Shown one piece after another: positions 21,796 through 26,241 of a stretch of 26,241 bases of DNA (position 1 is its first letter; each line of letters begins with the position of its first letter). The stretch spans positions 1-26,241 of the forward strand of contig JAQTTP010000010.1 in NCBI GenBank assembly GCA_028710695.1. The letters run 5' to 3'. The notes below the pieces were generated by a model. The model was not told the DNA's origin. It did not search any database and was given only the letters and a program-made list of their open reading frames with translations. A program made the position numbers and the translations under genes. Origin of the DNA: Candidatus Iainarchaeum sp. GTDB lineage: Archaea > Iainarchaeota > Iainarchaeia > Iainarchaeales > 0-14-0-20-30-16.

Positions 21796-23256
21796 TCACT
21801 TATACCAGTTCTCAATCTTTATATTCCCGCCTGTTTCTTGCTTTTCTTCTTTGTCTTCCTTTGGGGGTTTATACTCAAACTTCTTTTCTTTCTGTTCCTT
21901 CTTCTTAAATAGCTTTTTAAAGAAAGACTCTTTTTTCTCTACTACTGCTGGTGCTACAGACACCGGCTTTTCCTTTACTTCAGAAGTCTCTGCAACTGTT
22001 TTTTCTAGTTCAGTAAATCTCTTGTTCCTAATTGGCTCTAGCTCTTCCGGCTCTTTAGATTCAATCTCAAGAATCTTCTTGTTAAGATAAGTCAAAACGT
22101 ATTCTATCTTCTCGTTCTCAGAATCAAAATAACTCTTTGTAATTGCGCCTGCTAAAAACTGTTTTTTCATATCTTTCTGCTTTTTTTTGTAAACATCTCT
22201 TTTTCCAATAAGTTCGTTCAAATCTTCTTTTTTTAACTTCTTTACTAAAAGAATTACGGTCTCTAATAAAAATATAAAAATAAAAAATCCCACAAGTAGG
22301 TAAAACCAAAGCCCTGGTTTAAGACTAAAATCAGTACTAAGCACCCCTTTACTTTTTCCATAAATAAATTCTAAATTATGGTCAAAAGAGATATAGGGAA
22401 ACATAAAATAATTCATAAAATAGTAATCTTTTGCCTTTTTTAGAGTCTCTTCTTTGCCATCAAAAACAAACTTCCCATATTCATTCCCAAACTCTTCGCC
22501 ATTTGCATAAAAAACTTTAAAATCTACGGAAAAAGGGCTATTAACTGTTCCATCTTTTTCAGGGTTTGTTATCTGAATATCTAATTTATCACTAAGCAAG
22601 ACATTATATTGATCAATAAAGGGAATATTTCGCCCGTGATATGTAAACACACCATAAATAAATAAGTCCATACTATTGGCATCTAAAGCAGGAATCTCAA
22701 AGCTTAATTTACATACAAAACCATCACAAGAAAATTGTCCATTTTCTATGCCTGGTTTAAGGACCCACATTTTCAAATTTTTTATATCTTTTTTATATGG
22801 GCTTATAGTATATTCCAAAGAAAGCTTCTGCCCAAAGTTATAAATCTCTTTTATTTTTGGCTTAATCAAATCAATATAATCAGTGATCTCTTCAACATCA
22901 AAGCTAAATTTCTGCTTAGAAAATTCGTAACCCGCTTTTTGTTCAAGGGAAACATCTAACTTGCCACCATAAACAAGATCTGAAGTTATGAAAAGATCAG
23001 GATTTGAAACATAAACATTATCCAATTTGTATAATTCTATTTTTTTATCATCCAAAAAAACCATTATCTTATCAAAGGGGGCCATAACCTGCCCATTTAT
23101 ATCAGAAAAAGACAATCTTAAAGTATTGATCTCTGTGCCTACAAGATAAGGTGCTGTTTCTGGAGCAGTTGTAACAAGCTCCAGGTTCGGAGTAAGGGCA
23201 AGCCCAAATACGGAAGGTAAGAAAAAAAACAGAAATATTAGGATGTATAATTTCAT
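21796..23256 (-). CDS. Single-pass membrane protein: signal peptide, ~290-aa beta-rich ectodomain, TM helix, Lys/Glu-rich cytoplasmic tail with SHOCT-like motif
   Basis: The signal peptide is MKLYILIFLFFFLPSVFG. The TM helix is WFYLLVGFFIFIFLLETVILLV (about nt 22243-22314). The tail contains KKQFLAGAITKSYFDSENEKI. GGAG lies upstream of the ATG, 10 nt after the preceding stop. Confidence 0.7.
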   Translation of the reverse strand: MKLYILIFLFFFLPSVFGLALTPNLELVTTAPETAPYLVGTEINTLRLSFSDINGQVMAPFDKIMVFLDDKKIELYKLDNVYVSNPDLFITSDLVYGGKLDVSLEQKAGYEFSKQKFSFDVEEITDYIDLIKPKIKEIYNFGQKLSLEYTISPYKKDIKNLKMWVLKPGIENGQFSCDGFVCKLSFEIPALDANSMDLFIYGVFTYHGRNIPFIDQYNVLLSDKLDIQITNPEKDGTVNSPFSVDFKVFYANGEEFGNEYGKFVFDGKEETLKKAKDYYFMNYFMFPYISFDHNLEFIYGKSKGVLSTDFSLKPGLWFYLLVGFFIFIFLLETVILLVKKLKKEDLNELIGKRDVYKKKQKDMKKQFLAGAITKSYFDSENEKIEYVLTYLNKKILEIESKEPEELEPIRNKRFTELEKTVAETSEVKEKPVSVAPAVVEKKESFFKKLFKKKEQKEKKFEYKPPKEDKEEKQETGGNIKIENWYK

Positions 23257-23266
23257 ATTATACTCC

Positions 23267-23578
23267 TTACATCTTCTTTACAAACTCTTCTGCACAACCT
23301 TTACAAACAAAATGTCCTCTGTATAACATACCCTCGTCCTTTTCTTCTTGGCAAAAGGTACATCTTGATGTTTCTGCATCTCTCATTGCCCAGGTTCTTA
23401 GTATATCCCAAGTTAACCAACTAGGAAGAATTAATTCCCTCAAAACAGACTTATCGTTTGCGATTATCTTTTGCTTAAACATTGGAGATATTTTCTTATC
23501 TATACTTTCAAGCCATCTTGCTTTATCTATGTCTCCAGTTCTTTGCATCTTTAAAATCATTGATTCAAATTCATCCAT
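23267..23578 (-). CDS. Hypothetical protein with C-terminal C-x2-C...C-x2-C zinc-ribbon-like motif
   Basis: The C-terminus is RCTFCQEEKDEGMLYRGHFVCKGCAEEF. ATG at 23578 (MDEFES) is preferred; the track start at 23584 is GTG. A TATA-like box (rc of about 23601..23613) lies about 28 nt upstream of the ATG. Confidence 0.55.
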   Translation of the reverse strand: MDEFESMILKMQRTGDIDKARWLESIDKKISPMFKQKIIANDKSVLRELILPSWLTWDILRTWAMRDAETSRCTFCQEEKDEGMLYRGHFVCKGCAEEFVKKM

Positions 23579-23654
23579 AAACACTCCCCCATCTCATTTA
23601 GTTTTATATTAAAAGAGCATTATTTTATATAAAGCTTTTTACCAATATTATGTT

Positions 23655-24137
23655 ATGGTTCCAGAAACTAGCCTTTTTCTTAAGAAGATATCTCCCAACA
23701 AATATGAGCTCTTGACAAAGGACTTAGATATAGAACAAGGATCTTATTCTATCCAAAACATTGATGGACTTTGGATCATGAAGAAATTAGCCCAAACCAG
23801 CATGTTTAAGAACAGTGAAATCCACACAAAAGGCTTTTTCATTTTTGAAGACAGTAATAGTGCAACAAAATTTGCATACAGCATAAGAGAAGATATTGAA
23901 CAAGAAAAAGTAAAAGGCATTAAAGGGTTTAACAACAGGTTTTATTTCTTTAGTACCACATATTATACGAAGATGAAGGATAAGATAATTCCTTTGTTGA
24001 CAGTTAGCCCACAAACCTTAACTCAACTAGCAGAAGGATTAGAAGTAAATGAGGATATAGTCAAAGGGATCTTAGAGCTTCTTAAAGAGGATGGACTTGT
24101 GTTTGAGAAGAAAAAAGATGTATTCCATAAGATATAG
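23655..24137 (+). CDS. Hypothetical 160-aa protein, beta-rich N-terminal half and winged-helix-like C-terminus, immediately upstream of mcm
   Basis: The C-terminus LTQLAEGLEVNEDIVKGILELLKEDGLVFEKKKDVF resembles a wHTH recognition module. TTTTATATAAAG lies about 27 nt upstream of the ATG. Only 20 nt separate its stop from the mcm ATG. Confidence 0.55.
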   Translation: MVPETSLFLKKISPNKYELLTKDLDIEQGSYSIQNIDGLWIMKKLAQTSMFKNSEIHTKGFFIFEDSNSATKFAYSIREDIEQEKVKGIKGFNNRFYFFSTTYYTKMKDKIIPLLTVSPQTLTQLAEGLEVNEDIVKGILELLKEDGLVFEKKKDVFHKI

Positions 24138-24157
24138 GCAATATAAATGGTGAATTT

Positions 24158-26241
24158 ATGGCTGAAGAAGAAAAAAAAGTTGAAAAGCAAGAGGAGCAAG
24201 AATTCTTCAACGAGCCAATAACAAATCCGCACATAGAAAAATTTGATTATTTTTTAAATCTAAAATACAGCAAGGAAATTGAAAAGCTAAATGATAAAGA
24301 AAGAATTCTAAGGATAGACTTTAAAAGTCTTGAAGAGTATGATCCATACCTTGCAGACGAGTTAGTAAAAAAACCAGACAAATGTATAGACGCAATAAAA
24401 TATTGTATAAATAAAAAAATCTCTCTTTTTGCTGAAAACAAAGATCTTGAGCCGATAGTAAGCGTTTACAACTTACCACAAGAACACAAAATGTTCATAA
24501 AACACATAAATGCTGAAAATATTGATAACTTAATCGGGGTAGAAGGAATTGTAAGGCAATTTACCACAATTCTACCAAAGCTAAAAGTTGCACACTGGCT
24601 TTGTAAAAGATGTGGATACGAATTTAATATTGATGTTAAACACGAAATAGAAACCCCTACTGCTTGCCCAGAATGTAGGCACAAGTTCTTAAGTCTAATA
24701 GAAAATAAAAGCATATTTATCGATTACCAAAAATTAGAAATACAAGAACCATTAGAAGTTTTAAAAGGTGGAGAACAATCAGGCACTCTTGTAGTTTCGG
24801 TTACTGATTCACTAGTTGGAAAGGTTGGGGCGGGAGATAGAATCGTTGTGACTGGCGTTATGCGATTAGTTCCGCCACAAAAAAAGCAATCTGTTTATGG
24901 AAGATATCTAGAATGCTTTGATATTGAAGAAACAAAGCAAGACTATGAAGACATAGAAATAGATGAAGAAAATTTAGAACAAATAAAAGCCTACTCTGAA
25001 AATCCGGAGATATATGAAATTTTAGTTAATTCAATTGCCCCGAATATATTCGGGCATGATATAATAAAAGAATCAATTGCCTTACAATTATTTGGGGGAG
25101 TAAAAAAACATATGGAGGATGGTTCAAAAACCAGAGGAAACATTCACATCCTTTTGATCGGTGACCCAGGTGTAGGAAAATCTAAACTTCTTTTATATGC
25201 AAGTAATGTTGCCCCAAAAAGCCTATATGTTGTAGGAAAAACCGCTTCTGGTGCAGGATTAACTGCTTCTGCAGTAAAAGATGAATTTGGAGAAGGTGGC
25301 TGGACACTAAAAGCTGGTGCACTTGTATTAGCAAGTGGTGGGTTTGCAATGATTGATGAGTTCGACAAGATGAACCCCGAGGACAGAAGTGCAATGCACG
25401 AAGCAATGGAACAAGAAACCGTGTCTATAGCCAAGGCAGGCATTGTATCTAACTTTAAAACAGAGACAAGTATTTTGGCTGCAGCAAACCCAAAGTACGG
25501 TAGGTTTGATCAGTACAAAACAATTCCCGAACAGATAGAGATACCGCCAACTTTGATGTCAAGATTTGATTTATTTTTCTCAATAAAAGATTTGCTAGAT
25601 GAAAAAAAAGATAGGGAAACTGTAATGTCTATTTTAAAAGGCCATAAAACAGGGGAATTACTAAGCAGAATGAAACAAACAGACCTTGTAAAAAAAGATA
25701 GGGATTACTTAGAAAAAAGTTCAAAACCACAAATTAATCCAGATTTATTAAAAAAATATATCTCTTACGCAAGAACAAAAATCTTTCCAATTCTTTCCGA
25801 TAAAGCAATGGACAGGTTAGGTAAATTCTTCATAGATTTAAGAAAAAAGAGTAAAGATGGAAGGGTAACAGTAACTTACAGGCAGCTAGAGGCCCTAATC
25901 AGATTATCCGAAGCAAGTGCGAGGGTGAGATTAGCTCCAACAGTAGAAATTGATGATGCAGAAAGGGCAATCAAATTGTTCAGGACTTCTATGGAGCAGG
26001 TAGGAATGGATCCAGAAACAGGAGACATGGATATTGATATTATCTCCACTGGACAAAGCCATTCTCAAGCAGTCCAAATGCGTAATATGCTAGAAGTAAT
26101 AAAAGATTGGTGTAAAGAGCATGACTCAATAAATTTGCACAAGTTAATGTCTGAGGCGGAAGCAAAAAAAATAGATAAAACAAAAGTGCAAGACTACGTT
26201 AGCAAGCTCTTGAGAGCAGGGGATGTTTATGAACCTAAGCC
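24158..26241 (+). CDS. mcm: MCM replicative helicase (3' end runs off the window)
   Basis: I translated from ATG 24158 and found an open frame to the window end (694 codons). It is absent from the ORF track because there is no stop. Motifs are the zinc finger CKRCGYEF...CPECRHK, Walker A LLIGDPGVGKSKLL, Walker B FAMIDEFDKM, sensor 1 ILAAANP, Arg finger LMSRFDLFF and sensor 2 TYRQLEALIRLSEA. Confidence 0.92.
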   Translation, partial: MAEEEKKVEKQEEQEFFNEPITNPHIEKFDYFLNLKYSKEIEKLNDKERILRIDFKSLEEYDPYLADELVKKPDKCIDAIKYCINKKISLFAENKDLEPIVSVYNLPQEHKMFIKHINAENIDNLIGVEGIVRQFTTILPKLKVAHWLCKRCGYEFNIDVKHEIETPTACPECRHKFLSLIENKSIFIDYQKLEIQEPLEVLKGGEQSGTLVVSVTDSLVGKVGAGDRIVVTGVMRLVPPQKKQSVYGRYLECFDIEETKQDYEDIEIDEENLEQIKAYSENPEIYEILVNSIAPNIFGHDIIKESIALQLFGGVKKHMEDGSKTRGNIHILLIGDPGVGKSKLLLYASNVAPKSLYVVGKTASGAGLTASAVKDEFGEGGWTLKAGALVLASGGFAMIDEFDKMNPEDRSAMHEAMEQETVSIAKAGIVSNFKTETSILAAANPKYGRFDQYKTIPEQIEIPPTLMSRFDLFFSIKDLLDEKKDRETVMSILKGHKTGELLSRMKQTDLVKKDRDYLEKSSKPQINPDLLKKYISYARTKIFPILSDKAMDRLGKFFIDLRKKSKDGRVTVTYRQLEALIRLSEASARVRLAPTVEIDDAERAIKLFRTSMEQVGMDPETGDMDIDIISTGQSHSQAVQMRNMLEVIKDWCKEHDSINLHKLMSEAEAKKIDKTKVQDYVSKLLRAGDVYEPK

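Noticed and set aside
24023-25443. Minus-strand track ORFs 24023..24232, 24247..24441, 24466..24714, 25144..25443 and 25182..25406
   Set aside because: They lie antisense to an uninterrupted plus-strand frame that carries every MCM motif. Their translations are low-complexity (Ser/Leu/Phe-rich), as expected for the antisense of a Lys/Glu-rich gene.
1-26241. CRISPR arrays, rRNA genes, transposases/IS elements, inteins or frameshifts in mcm/top6/gatD/glyS
   Set aside because: I saw no regularly spaced direct repeats. Every large housekeeping ORF is continuous and of normal or slightly reduced length. I recognised no transposase or RT motifs.

Overview
This is an AT-rich, gene-dense stretch of archaeal chromosome. 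All family calls were made by eye from motifs in the translations; no database search was run. Archaeal hallmarks are topoisomerase VI B and A, an MCM helicase, GatD, DTD2-type D-aminoacyl-tRNA deacylase, a Rio1 kinase plus KH (Dim2/Pno1-like) pair, a XerA-type recombinase, and a tRNA-Gln(CUG) with an A1-U72 pair. Small gene sizes and Lys-rich tails suggest a reduced, DPANN-like genome, but this is inference only. The MCM gene (24158 to the right edge) and a short gene start at 1..66 (-) are missing from the ORF track because they are open-ended. The tRNA-Gln is hidden under an over-extended TraB ORF. From about 1 to 16.7 kb the content is mostly housekeeping, with three exceptions: a DisA-type diadenylate cyclase next to xerA, an Arg/Glu-rich orphan, and a large membrane-anchored Lon-like (S16) ectoprotease fusion. 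From about 16.8 to 24.1 kb lies a block of 10-11 genes in which I recognise only one family, a Cas4/RecB-like Fe-S PD-(D/E)XK nuclease. That block holds (i) the nuclease, divergently paired with a 435-aa repeat/HTH protein; (ii) a leaderless operon of three secreted proteins, two diverged paralogs ending in LKITELN and a charge-free protein that is about 35% tyrosine; (iii) a convergent operon of three small Cys-motif (zinc-ribbon-like) proteins around a single-pass membrane protein; and (iv) a 160-aa winged-helix-like protein directly upstream of MCM. This block is the best candidate for an undescribed system, either a cell-surface or host-interaction module or a mobile-element remnant. No CRISPR array, rRNA, transposase or reverse transcriptase was seen.
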